A stretch of DNA of 63,188 nt, filler included, from Octopus bimaculoides (GCF_001194135.2; 4 parts of 4 records of this genome joined end to end with filler, not necessarily neighbours in it), one strand, 5' to 3'. Numbered from the whole stretch's first letter, positions 11,745 through 24,852 are shown. The notes: generated by a model not told the origin, from the sequence alone. Program-made: numbers and translations.

Positions 11745-11900
11745 ACACATGCGACGGGCCTCTTTCATTTTCCGTCTACCAAATCCACTCAGAAGGTTTG
11801 GTTGGCCCGAAGCTATAGTAGAAGATACTTGCCTTAGGTGCCACGCAGTGGGACTGAACCCGGAACCCTGTGGTTGGGTAGGAAGCTTCTTGCCACACAC
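11745..11900 (-). mobile_element. SINE family A, 5' half
   Basis: ccgtctaccaaatccactc..cagtgggactgaacccggaacc. Confidence 0.85.
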
Positions 11901-14427
11901 CTTTTTCTCCTGTGTATTAGTCAATAACAACAATAACATTATGTATTTGTTTAAAATAAATATTAAGAAACATGATTTCTATTAAATTAAAATCTTGTTT
12001 TCATATTTAATTGAAAATATAATCTTCTGCAAAATAAACACGGAAATTTTCCTGCAAGTTTGTCAAACGAAACGGAGTTAGCTCCCTTGTATATAAGATT
12101 GCCAATATTTCTTAATATACCAGCAGTCTTACATATAATACAGATTTCCTTACATATAATGATTTCCTGCACAGTCACAATTATTTGAATGTGATATCTG
12201 TGTTTGTGCGTTTATGTATGCCTATGCGTTGTTTCATTATAGCGTAATAGAAAGAATGTATTGTTACGAAGGAGAAATAATGTTGTTGATCACGTGACTA
12301 ATTTAAAACATTCTGCACGTTTTTCTTTGTTTTATGCTGCGAGGTGGACAATTTGGTAAAATGGTAAAGGAACGCGCAGTGTCAGTTGGTGACGTAAAGA
12401 ATGCGGAGTGTGAATATGGCAGCGTAAAAAAAAAAACAGTAAAAAGACAGTGAGTATGAAGTTGGCACCCGAAACAGTGAATGTGAAGTTGGCTACGAAA
12501 ACAGTCGGTGTAAAGATGCGATGTGACCAGTGGAAGTGAACCCGGGCGACGAAGAACCATGTTACACAAGACATCCAGCTAGGTACGACTACTTCTTCCA
12601 CTCTTAACAAGTTGACTTGTTGGGTTGGCCTGCGGTTTCTCAGCTGCTGACTTGATTGTTGGAGCCGCGCTGGTGTCAGGAGGCCGCATTTCGCAACAGT
12701 ATTTACAAAGACACGTACGCGCATACACGCGCGCGTGCGCACGCACAATGAAAAACCAGTTTTTAAAAAAATGACATAGAGACAGAAAGGAAAAGAGAAA
12801 GTAAGAGGGAGGGAAAGATTGAAAGAAACAAAGGAAGACAAAAATTTAGGAACGAAAACTATGAATGGAGTAAAGATTTAGAAAGCTTTACTCTTTTAAT
12901 TTTTAACAACCACAAGAAGTTATTTGACCACTTTTTTAATTGATTTCCACGTCTCTCCGTCTTGGTTTCGATGATTTCATATTTTCTTATGTCGACAGGG
13001 AAAGCTTCTTATCTCCTGAATAACCGTTTTACTAATAATACAGTGAGATGATGTTTCACATACGTTGACAATTTAAAAGATATATATTTGTATGTCTCAA
13101 TAACGCTGTGCCTCACGCTAAGACATTTGCTTTTGGTTCTGGGCGTATGGAATTCGAAAAGAATACGGCACATGTGTTATTGTTTAAATAATGGTCAAAC
13201 AGGTGCCAATTATGCACAACCACACACAGACCCCCACACACGCACACACGTATGTACATTTTCAAACTGATATATGGAAAATAGAATGTATTCAACACGT
13301 TTTGAAATGTTTTGATATCTTAATTTGCATATTTACATTAGGATAATCAATGAAATGATATTCAAATCGGTTGAGAAGTAAAAATAAACCTTTCTTTAGA
13401 AAATGTATAAGATTTTCTGAGTTACCTCCCTTGAAAACGAGTTACCTTTTCCTTTGAAGAAAAACATTTGTTTTAAATGCTCAAATTTTACTTGTCTTCC
13501 ATTCACTTATTCACAGTAAAATAATCCATTATGACGTTATAGAAATTGGCATTTTCCATAATCTTATTTTGTACTTTAGATAAATGAGAATTACTTTGAA
13601 TTATCTCCTTCGAAATATTTCTATTCTGGCGTAACAATTGGCATATTAACTTCAACGGAAAGATTAAAAAACATACAAACATGAGAATTATATTGTGATA
13701 GCTTATCCTCTGGGAATACTATACAATCACCGAAAACAGTTTAGACATTTTCAAGTGATGTGCATTTCCGGTAAGGTGTTTGTTTTTGCATAGCATTTAT
13801 ATTCACCAGCGATGTTCGAATTTTAATCTAAGGACGCTTTCCTTCTTTTCTTTTTCTTTTTATTATCTGACTGAAACATATCCACTATTGGCAGTAGATT
13901 CAATGAAAAATTACAATTTAATACATTCAACATACCAATATTTCAACTGTTGTATTTCCCTCGGAAGACTCGTAGAGAGAACACAACGAGTTGTACAATT
14001 TAATTATTACATTTATTATTCAATTACATACAAAGAACGCACTCACCCAATGTTCGTTATGAATAAACAAAAGTCATGTCCGCCATACATATATCAATGA
14101 CATTCTACTACGACAGTCACACAAGACAACAACAATGAAACAATGAACTCAGACGAACCACTGTGACACACGGAACGTCAAACGAATGACATATCCAACA
14201 GTCCATATAACATCAAAGATAGCACCGGAAATTTTACTGGAATTCTATGTCTCTAACATAATGACCAGATAAAACCACAATGAGCAAAGAAAAAATATTT
14301 AGTCTAATCTTCTCTCGGCGAACCGTATCCTTTAAATTTTATCATTTTTCGTCTTAACGCTCCGTTATGACATCATATAAACTGAGCAGAACTAAAACTT
14401 TATTTCAAAGAAGCTGCTGGCTATTTA

Positions 14428-14575
14428 ATCATCATCACCATCATGATCGTTTAATGTCCAGTTTCTTTGCATGCATGAGGAGGACGGTTGACAGGAGCCG
14501 GCCAGGTAGAAAAACTACCCTTGGCTACTGCATCTGTTTTGGCTGGGATTTTACGGCTGGATGCCTTCCTTAACT
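14428..14575 (-). mobile_element. SINE/LINE 3' tail family C (RTE-type tail ending in (GAT)n)
   Basis: catcatcaccatcatgatcgtttaatgtcc..ttttacggctggatgccttcc; homologous to 33660-33968, 34050-34270, 45180-45285 and 48850-49017. Confidence 0.7.
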
Positions 14576-17075
14576 GATTAGATTTTATTTATAAAGCACA
14601 ACACTGATGATTCCTATTTATTTTCTATTTTCATTGTCACATTAAGCACAAATGATAAAATTATTAAGTATTCAGTTCGAATAATGAAATATTTCAACGA
14701 GTCATAATGTTACTAGTTTAAGTAACATAGTTTACAATCAACGAATTCATTTCAAACGAATTATAATCATAAAACACACCGGAATCTGAAAGTATAAACT
14801 GTGTGATTGCATAATATGGCTTTTCTCTTACCTTGTACACACATTATTACTTAAAGACGAGTTCTTTTCATCAGGACTAGAAGATATTTCTGTTCTTAAC
14901 ATTAGCTGATACTGTACAAGATTCAAATGTAGCCCCTCAATGATTCTCTTCACCCCGTAACGTTCCTGAAGCGACATACACAGACACCCTGTGCATCTAT
15001 TGAAGGGCCACTCAACCTAAAAGCATTCAATCACAACGACACACATTCCAGCCTCTGGCCCACAAGCGTACTGCCTTCCCTCTGTCTTCATCTTAATTAC
15101 TATAATAACCCATGTTCATCGGAACTGCCTTGTCCCATACCTCCACTATTCAGTTACTTCCTAACCCCTTGTCCCTCCACCTCTCTCACCCTTCTCGCGT
15201 CCACCCCTACCCATTCCATCGACACTGCACTAATCACTGCACTCGGTCTATACTCTGCAGACGATCAACTCACTTTTATGTCATTATTGTTGCTGTAATT
15301 AATTTGTATCCATCCTGCTTCATATATACAAGTGAGAGACACTGTTGTACCTCATAACAATTCATTCTCTCACAATGTTTCTCCCCTCATGTTGAAACAA
15401 CCTGCCGCAAAGGTAGCCCCTATTCTCGACAAACTCCCTTCCCATCTCTCTCTCTCTCTCTATTTCTTTTTCTCTCTCCCTCTCTCTTTTCCTCTCACTC
15501 TCCTTCCCTCCCTCTGTCTCTGTCTTGCCTCTGGTACTCTTTATCCGATACATTAATTACTTACCTTCACCTCCACAGAATCCCGTGCGAATGATACCAT
15601 AATTTACTCCACTCAAACTCTCCGCACACAAGTCTTGTAAAGCTGCTTGCTAAATATTTGAGCCAAATTTAAGCCAAGTCCATTATAACAAACCATCAAA
15701 CCAAAATGGTCATTTCAAAATGGTCATGCCTCTTTCAACAGCACAACCACAAAATCACTTCACATAGCAAGAAAATATTTTAGCATCTTCACCCTCAAAC
15801 ATGAAGAGTACGCAACGAATATACGAACAGTCGCCGGTACAAATGCAAGGACTCACAATAATAGAAAATCTTTTCCTGGCTAACAGACATTTTAAACATG
15901 GCTAAAACTGACACAAAGACTAGCCACCATCTTTTCAGAGAGAAAATACTTCTACTTCTTACAACAAAGTCGCGTGAGAGCAACTGTGGTGTACATCTCC
16001 TTCATCTCGGACAGTACTAATGTTATATACACAGACATCCAAGACTTGACCAACTGATGTAATACCGCTCACAAACAATCTTTGGTCTCCGGTTGACACA
16101 CCAGAAGACACCGCTTTGTGCTTTTTTTTTCTTTTTTTTTTCTTAATTTAAAGAGTTGTATGCGACCAGTCAACTCTGCAAATCCTTAAAGAACATTTTA
16201 TAAATTAGCAGAGTTACCTCCCTTGAAAGATTTCTTGAGTTTCTAGCAAAAATTATTTGAATATTTGAATATTTGAATTCTCTTTTGTTTTTTTGTATGC
16301 TTTTATTAACAGAGATATAATGCATTTGACATCATAGAAATCGACGTGATCCTCAATCCTGTTTTATATTTTAAGCAGATAAATTATTTCGTTTGACACA
16401 TTTCTTATAGTGACGTAACAATAACCAAATTTACTTTAACAGAAAGATTTTAAAAAAGCGAATTGTTTGCTATTACTTCGTATCTTCAATGTTTCAACAA
16501 ATACCAATATTGGAATTATATATTCACTGTATTTCATCTATTTAACTACGACAGAACATTCTAATATTTTATCATTTGTTCAACGAAATAATATAATGAG
16601 AGTATTTTACAATCATAATTATCTTTCACTAAAATGGTGATATCTGCCTTACATCCACATCACAATGATGTATGCGCTGAGTGGACTTCAATGAAGATTG
16701 TCCTTATATTCGCTGATAGATTTGTATTCACTGTCACATTACATCACTCTTCTTATATCCAAAACTGTCGTTTGCACTTTCACCAGACGCTTCCAGAAAA
16801 CAGGGTCTCAAATTCTGATAATTTCCTTTCAATGCGCCTAAAACAAGGTCATATCCTCACCTAATATATTTGTTTTCTCTCTCTCCATTTCTATCACTCT
16901 TTATCAATCAGTCTATTTAGCTAGTTATCTATCAGACACACACACACACACACGCACACACACACATACTCATACACACACACACATTCTATTTTATATA
17001 AGTGATACATACATACATATGATATATGTATGTATGTGCGTATGTATGTGTGTATGTATGTGTAGATAGATAGAC

Positions 17076-17134
<59 letters not shown>

Positions 17135-17145
17135 GTGTTTAGCAA

Positions 17146-17315
17146 CCGCTGTTGGTTTGTTTCCGTGCCTTTAACCTAGAGGTCCGACAAAAGAGACAGG
17201 TAGGATAAGTACCAAGCTTTAAAATATTAAATACTGGGGTAAATTCGTTCGACTAAATTTCTTCGAGGAAACGCCCCAGCATGGCCGCAGTCTAATGTCT
17301 GGCACAAGTAAAGGA
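17146..17315 (+). mobile_element. SINE family A, 3' half
   Basis: ataagtacc..gccccagcatggccgcagtctaatg..acaagtaaagg tail. Confidence 0.7.
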
Positions 17316-17552
17316 TATGTTATAATATAAGCCAGAGTGGGCACAAGATTATTTAAAATAGTGAGGCAAGATAAATACTTTTATACTTTTATTACTCAAT
17401 TCTTGTGAATTCGGTTCTCACCGATGTCGAATAAACTTATCACTAATCATAAAAGGACGAAAATAAGTACAATCAAATACTGTAAATCAATGGACTGAAA
17501 ACCTTCCTAATACATCTTTCTGCCAAGTTACAAAACGAAGAAACTATCCAAA

Positions 17553-20127
17553 TATAGGTTTATGCGGTCATTTTTGTACGTTTGTCGTTCAATTTGATAA
17601 TCAGGCCATTCAGTCGCAAAAAAATTAGCGCCATGAAGTTAATCATTCAAATTTGTTTTTCGATCATTCAGTTTCGCACTTCGGTCAAAGAATTTAGCAT
17701 TTACACCATTCAAATTAAAATGCCCGTCGAGAACATTCGAATTAGTCGGAATGCGAGGACGCATCTATTTTCAAATTCGTTCCGGAGCAATCTTTTTAAC
17801 ACTTCGAACTATCAAATTAGCACGATAACTGTCTTGACTATCTCATGATCATTGTTATCATAGTCATGTGTTTTCATCCAGTGTTTATGCTTTAAGCGCT
17901 TTATCGTGCCCATGTCTTTTCTATGTATTCTTTTATTTTTGCATAGGTACATGTATTTATTGTTAAAGACTTCATGAAATCGCATTCCAGCATTTTCAAT
18001 TTTTTAAAAGAAACTTACAATTACAACAAATGCTCATTTTCTTTGATTTTGAATACATTACGTTGTGATATGTGTTCTTCCATTGCATAATATATCTGGT
18101 TGGGGAAAATATATATTTCTTTGATTTTGCATTTTTTCTTTCATCGGGGAAAGTGTGTTATGTACACTCAGATAATTATTGATTTACAGTCTTGATAAGG
18201 AGAATTCGTTTGAGAGGATTTAGCCGTCTATTTCCTGGCGGTCGAGGCATCTCGGGAGGGAGGGAAGTCTGAGTGTGTCTATACCAACGAACACAATTTT
18301 TTGGAGTGATAGCGTCGATATTACACATTGCAGCCTCTTGTATGACATGTGTTCGCCATTCCTGTTTCTTCTGCTGCTGTCCAGTCACCAACCCTTTGCT
18401 GCAACTCAGCTCGAGCAATGTCCCATTTGACAGCCGCCTTAAAGGCGGTATGAACCATTTCCATACAATTAAGAAACAGCGAGTAGGGAGGCAGGAGTTT
18501 CAGACTCATCCAAGGGTCGGCGTCAGCTGGAAATTCTGCACGGACATTTGGCTGCGAGTTGTCGTAGATCAAGTAGACGGATTCATCCGCTGGGAACATG
18601 TCGGCACACGCTCGAACTGTTTCCATCAAGAACTACTCGAAAGAGTTTCGTGTAACGGTATCGTTCGCGATAGAATGGTGAACTAGGTAGGTTTCTCCCG
18701 ACACCGCGAATGTGACGTTGCCGTTTTTCCTACGCTGACAGTTGACAGCTCGGCAAACAGGAACGTCTCGAGGTGCTCGTCCAAAAGACCACCCGGTTCA
18801 AATGTTGTACTCACATTCCTCAATGAATACACCATGGCCGAAGATTCCTTCTTCCATGAACCAATGCGCATACTCATAACGCTTTTCCAGAGCTCTTGGA
18901 GTATTTCTTGCATCTGGGACATCTTCGGCCAACTTCATAGTTATCAGCATCCCATTTAGATCTCATGAGTTTGCAGACACGGAACAGGTGGCTTTCCGGG
19001 CAATGCTACCTCTCCATCTGTTGAAGGATTGCGAGTGGGTTGGCATCAATAATCCCTTGAAGTCTGGCTCGCATTTCCTCATCAATCTTAACGCGGTTGG
19101 CACCTCCTCTGGGCAACTTGTGGCGCCTCCTAAACCGTAGGTAGGTTGCTACTATGGATCGGGCAGTACTTCTTTTAATGCAAAATGTGTCTGCCATTTG
19201 CAGGTAATTGATTTGACGCTCCTCGAAGACGTCANNNNNNNNNNNNNNNNNNNNNNNNNNNNNNNNNNNNNNNNNNNNNNNNNNNNNNNNNNNNNNNNNN
19301 NNNNNNNNNNNNNNNNNNNNNNNNNNNNNNNNNNNNNNNNNNNNNNNNNNNNNNNNNNNNNNNNNNNNNNNNNNNNNNNNNNNNNNNNNNNNNNNNNNNN
19401 NNNNNNNNNNNNNNNNNNNNNNNNNNNNNNNNNNNNNNNNNNNNNNNNNNNNNNNNNNNNNNNNNNNNNNNNNNNNNNNNNNNNNNNNNNNNNNNNNNNN
19501 NNNNNNNNNNNNNNNNNNNNNNNNNNNNNNNNNNNNNNNNNNNNNNNNNNNNNNNNNNNNNNNNNNNNNNNNNNNNNNNNNNNNNNNNNNNNNNNNNNNN
19601 NNNNNNNNNNNNNNNNNNNNNNNNNNNNNNNNNNNNNNNNNNNNNNNNNNNNNNNNNNNNNNNNNNNNNGACAGTCCCATGAAAGGGAAGAATGCTACTG
19701 CTATTTAGCCCTAGGAAACACCGTTTCCTGTTGGCCTTGACACATTTCCTGTGTCTTTATGTTTACAAAGGGGAGACAAGCACCTCCACCCAGCAAAGCC
19801 AGCATCCAGAGACTAGTTTCAGAGTCATTACTCATCAACAGTCTGGAGTAAGCATGGCTTGCTAGCTGTCGATGAATAAACTTATTCCGAACTCGAATTT
19901 GAATACTCGAAAAGACGCTTCCTAGCATTCCGACTAATTTAATGCTCTCGACGAGTATTTTAATTTGAATGAGGCAAATACTAAATTCATTGACCGAAGT
20001 GCGAAATTGAATGATCGAAAAACAAATTTGAATGACTAACTTCATAGCGCTAATTTTATCGTGACTTTGAATGACCCGATTGTCAAATTGAATGACAAAC
20101 TTACGAAAATGACTGCAAAAATGTATA
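17553..20127 (-). mobile_element. IS630/Tc1/mariner (DDE-type) DNA transposon with ~230-bp TIRs, decayed transposase
   Basis: TIRs 17553-17790 and 19885-20127 (gtcattcaaatttgttt..tttcgcacttcggtcaa), both ending in TATA. Transposase fragments: HTH ..IKRSTARSIV..LPRGGANRVKI, VFIEECEYNI (FIDECGYN), YLIYDNSQP and LLPPYSLFLNCME (LPPYSPFLNPIE). Several stops and frameshifts; N gap 19235-19670. Confidence 0.85.
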
Positions 20128-20689
20128 ATATTTTCATGAGAATCTTTTTGACATGCTTCTGACAAGACACGTCCTCAACATAGTTCAGTATCCTAGCGAT
20201 AACTGTTTTCATTCATTTACACTATTAATATCTACAGCAAATATATATGTCACTTAATTCCACCTTTAACCCTCCTATTCCTGTCATTCTCATCATCTAT
20301 AATAAATTTCAAAGGTTCTATCAAAATATATTTCATTTTTAGCCATTTTGAAAATGTTTGTTCACGACTTTGAAACAGAAATATTTCAAAGACTCTCCAA
20401 TATATTTCAATAATGACGTAATAATAATCATTGGCGATTCTGATAAATCTCCAGCTTGTTTCTTAATGTTTCATATTTCACCGTTTCAATAGAAAACAAC
20501 ATTAGCGTTATACTAAAAGTTTATAGTGTTTCCAGTTTAATAAATCCTTGAAATGCGTCAGTGAGTCAGAAAGTATAGAGAAAAAAAACAGGTTACAATC
20601 GCCGAGAATATTATAGACACATTACAATCATAAAACACAGCGAAATTTAAATGGTTAATTTGCGTGATATTCAGATAAGGTTTTTCTCT

Positions 20690-20821
20690 TGGTGTAGGAA
20701 GAAGCTTGTTTCCCGACCACATAGTTCGGGATTCAATTCCACTGAGTGGTACCTTGAGTAAGCGTTTTCTTGCCTAAGGCCGACCAAAGCTTTGTGAGTG
20801 AATTTGGTTGACAGAAGCTGA

Positions 20822-20896
<75 letters not shown>

Positions 20897-21090
20897 TTCT
20901 CCACCACTGCTTCATAACAAGTGTGTTGGTGTGTTTACGTCCCCGTAACCTAGCGGTTCGGGAAAATAAACCGATATAATAAGTACCTGGCGTTAAAATA
21001 AACCCCTTCAAGGCGTTCGAACAAAACCCTTCAAGGCGGTGCCCCAGCATGGCCGCAGTCTAATGACTGGAAACAAATAAAAGATAAACG
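20690..21090 (+). mobile_element. SINE family A, near full length with central (TG)n
   Basis: Head gaagcttgtttcccgaccacatagttcgggattcaattccactg, central microsatellite and ggcggtgccccagcatggccgcagtc tail. Confidence 0.85.
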
Positions 21091-22275
21091 ATACAAAAAT
21101 ACGTACGTTTCGATTCCACCCTGTAGATATATTCATGATTTCAAGAACTGGATTAAATCCAATGATGAGAATTATCATTCTGTAAAATATGGAATAGAAT
21201 TTCTTCAAGGAATTTTTTTTAATGAAGGTTATAGGCTTATGAAAGGGATTAAGTTAATATACTAGGGAAGACAGCAAATATTTATCTTATATATGGAGTG
21301 TATGCATGAGCTAAGAATATCATACAAATAAACAAAAAAAATATAAAATACAAAAGTATTCAAAAAAGTATATCTATAGGCTAAAATCGAAACGTACGTG
21401 GGTTTTTTTAAAATTTTTAAATGCTTATTTGTATTCAGTTTTTACTTTGGAACTATGTTGATAAATTAATTTATCAATGATAAATTAATTTATCAATGGC
21501 CCTTTCTCTCTCTCTTTTACCACATCCATCTCTCTATCTGTCTGACTATCAGTCTATCTATCTATCTATCTCTCTATCTGCTTATACATCTTCCATTGTC
21601 TCCAAAGCCTCACCCCCCAAAAACAAAACAATGTTCTGTTATAAACAAAACCCCAAAAAACACTTGTTTTATATAAATAAGCAAGATCTCTGTATTTTCA
21701 CAGAATTATATTTGACAAGTTCGAAAGACGAACGAAAGCGCTAATATATGTATGAAATAAATGAAAGAAGTTATTCCAAAATTCTGACGACTTTTTTTTC
21801 AGTATATATATATATATATATTAGAAAAAATATTAAGGTACTCAGATATCTGGATGGTTGTACATTTACAGATTTTNNNNNNNNNNNNNNNNNNNNNNNN
21901 NNNNNNNNNNNNNNNNNNNNNNNNNNNNNNNNNNNNNNNNNNNNNNNNNNNNNNNNNNNNNNNNNNNNNNNNNNNNNNNNNNNNNNNNNNNNNNNNNNNN
22001 NNNNNNNNNNNNNNNNNNNNNNNNNNNNNNNNNNNNNNNNNNNNNNNNNNNNNNNNNNNNNNNNNNNNNNNNNNNNNNNNNNNNNNNNNNNNNNNNNNNN
22101 NNNNNNNNNNNNNNNNNNNNNNNNNNNNNNNNNNNNNNNNNNNNNNNNNNNNNNNNNNNNNNNNNNNNNNNNNNNNNNNNNNNNNNNNNNNNNNNNNNNN
22201 NNNNNNNNNNNNNNNNNNNNNNNNNNNNNNNNNNNNNNNNNNNNNNNNNNNNNNNNNNNNNNNNNNNNNNNNNNN

Positions 22276-22309
<34 letters not shown>

Positions 22310-22470
22310 TGTGAAGGGCCTCTTTCAGTTTCAGTCTACCAAATCCACTCACAAGGCTTTGGTTGCCCCGAGGCTATATTAGAAGACACTAGCCCAATGC
22401 GCCACGCAGTGGGACTGAACCTGGAACCATGTGGTTAGTAAGCAAGCTACTTACCACACAGCCACTCCTA
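22310..22470 (-). mobile_element. SINE family A, 5' half
   Basis: cagtgggactgaacctggaaccatgtggttagtaagcaagctacttaccacacagccactcct. Confidence 0.85.
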
Positions 22471-23239
22471 AGCCTGTATACATACATATATCTATAAAAT
22501 TGTCTTTTCCTTACACAGCACGTCTGTAACAGATTCCATCTAGAAGGATAACAACAATACCTTGCTACCTTGCCTTTCAACGATGTATATACATCAAGTG
22601 TGATACATAGATGGCTATGATAACACCTATGGATTCCTCTCTAGGAGCTTCATATAAGTACAATTAAGGTTAACATTACTGTGACAATAAATATCACTGC
22701 AGAGTGTGTCTGAATTCGTAACAACAACATCTGTTGCGTCTTCTTCGTTGTCTTCTTTTATCTTTAGTTAAGCCCCAAACTCTGTGCTGCGTTGTATATT
22801 GCTGCCACTTCATACAAGGTAATTTGTTTCATAATTACCTTGTATATCGGGTTGATAAGAATATCCGATTGATAAGAATGGAGTGGTTGCTAAGAAGCAA
22901 GGGTTAGTGATACATTTTATTTATTTATTTATTTGAGTTATCTTAAATTTCATTTATTCGCTTGTTATATTGTTCTGCGGGTATGGAAATGTTTATCTTG
23001 AAGTTCTGTGTTGAGGTATTATTTCATAATAAAAGGTAATAAATAATCAGGACATTCATAATGTTGGGAAGTTGAGAGGTCAGAAAAAAATATAGGTCAC
23101 AAGTCTAAATCTATAGTAGCATTCTTCTTTTATTTATTTGTTTTATTTATTTATTTTTCAAGTTTCATTCATTGCACTGTGGCTATGCTGGAGCACCACC
23201 TTAGAGGGTTTTCTTCGAACATATCGACTCTTTTATCTA

Positions 23240-23300
23240 CAGAAATCCCTCACCATATCACGGTTCACCTATCACGCCCTCAGTACATCGAGGATTTTTC
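23240..23300 (+). mobile_element. pogo/Tigger-like MITE terminus
   Basis: TA|CAGAAATCCCTCACCATATCACGGTTCACCTATCAC resembles CAGTAATCCCTCGCTATATCGCGGTT-type TIRs. A possible degraded partner end lies near 24670-24715. Confidence 0.4.
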
Positions 23301-23437
23301 TGGCTAATATACCTAAATTTATATTACAGACTCCTCAGTACATCACGGGTTTCTGTGGCCGATAGGTATTTATATTTTTAGATTTTAATTACTCCTGTGG
23401 TAAAATAAGCATTTTCACGCCTAAAAATTTATAAATT

Positions 23438-24456
23438 TGTAGTGAATCTACCTATCGCCATTAGATACAAAACTACTATCGCCATTACATACAATCTTCT
23501 CATTTAAATATAAATAAATGCGAGCGTAGTAGAGAACACCAGCCTTGTCATCACGTAACTGATTATTATTTGAATATTGATATATATTATATATATTATT
23601 TTGTGTTCGACCGTATGACTCGTTTAAATAAAAGGAGTCCTCTGTTTTTCCATTCGTCACCATTTCTCCTTTGTTTGAGTTCACACGGTCGTTCCTTACA
23701 ATTGGTGACCCGGTCGTTCCCTTACAATTGGTGACCCCTGACGTTGATTCGTTCATACAGCCCTTCTGATCTGTACAGCCCAACGTGAAAAGTTCACATA
23801 ACCTTTCCAAAAATGGTGACTAAATGCCAGTAATAGACCAACCGTTCTATCAGTCTTTTTCATTACATTTTTTTTTTCGTCTGTTTGCCTTCGACAAACC
23901 GACTGGTGCGAGGCTAGTGTAGTGAATCTACCTATCGCCATTAGATACAAAACTACCATCGCCATTACATACAATCTTCTCATTTAAATATAAATAAATG
24001 CGAGCGTAGTAGAGAACACCAGCCTTGTCATCACGTAACTGATTATTATTTGAAGCGGCAAATTCTTCGAACCTTTCCCGCCAGAACGTAAACTGACCAA
24101 TCACGGCCCCTAATAAGGTCACGTGATAGAGTAAAATTCTGAAGGCATTTGGAGCCCTCTTAACGCTATAAATAGATCAACTCATACCCACCAAATTTGT
24201 CTCGGTCCAGTTTCTCCTTGAGATCTGTTCCGTGTACCACACGACAACAGCAGCAACAATTAGCCAGCGACCACTTCAACAGCTTCGTCCAGCCAACGAT
24301 GACCACCACCGTCGCCATATCAGCAACACGNNNNNNNNNNTCATTTGATATATTTTATTTTGTGTCCGACCGTGTGACACGTTTAAATAAAAGGAGTCCT
24401 CTGTTTTTCCATCCGTCACCATTGCTCCTTTTTGAGTTCGCACGGTCGTCCCTACA
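23438..24456 (+). mobile_element. Miniature LTR retroelement (TRIM-like or internally deleted): two LTRs, tRNA-Trp PBS, 4-bp TSD
   Basis: LTRs 23438-23700 and 23918-24456 both start TGTAGTGAATC and end ..TACA. AATT flanks both ends (23434-37, 24457-60). PBS TGGTGACCCCtGACGTtGATT at 23729-23749. Confidence 0.85.
24097..24174 (+). promoter_or_regulatory. LTR U3 core promoter: CCAAT box, E-box, TATA box
   Basis: CCAAT 24097-24101, CACGTG 24120-24125 and TATAAATA 24167-24174; AATAAA at 24386-24391 in the same LTR. Confidence 0.6.
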
Positions 24457-24806
24457 AATTAATGAATAAAAATAGAGTACAGTACTGCATTGTATAACAC
24501 ATTAATTAAAATATATTAAAAGAAAATATGTAGTGTACCGTAGATTAGTAAACAAAGAATTGCACATACTGTATGGAAAACTCGGGAAGTGAGTGTGTGG
24601 TGTTGTTTTGCATTTATAATAAAATAAATATATGCAAATTATAAAAATGATAAAAAAATATATACAGTATTGTTTCTACTTTGTGGATTTTCAGTTTGAT
24701 TACTATTGTATCGATACACATTGGTCGATGCTAAGTTACGTTTTGGCTACATCTGGTCTTTGAGTACTCTTTTTTCCACCTTGTTTCACATTTATGTGCT
24801 TATTCC

Positions 24807-24850
<44 letters not shown>

Positions 24851-24852
<2 letters not shown>

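Noticed and set aside
14880-15340. C-rich region as a possible Penelope remnant
   Set aside because: No GIY-YIG or RT motif could be recovered in any frame.
22680-22830. Possible 5' UTR exon ending AAG|GTAATT
   Set aside because: Only a donor-like word; there is no linked coding exon, and it lies across an assembly pad from PDE6D.
24300-24330. ATG ACC ACC.. after CCAAT/TATA as the start of a host gene
   Set aside because: It lies inside the 3' LTR bounded by the TSD; the promoter motifs are explained by U3.
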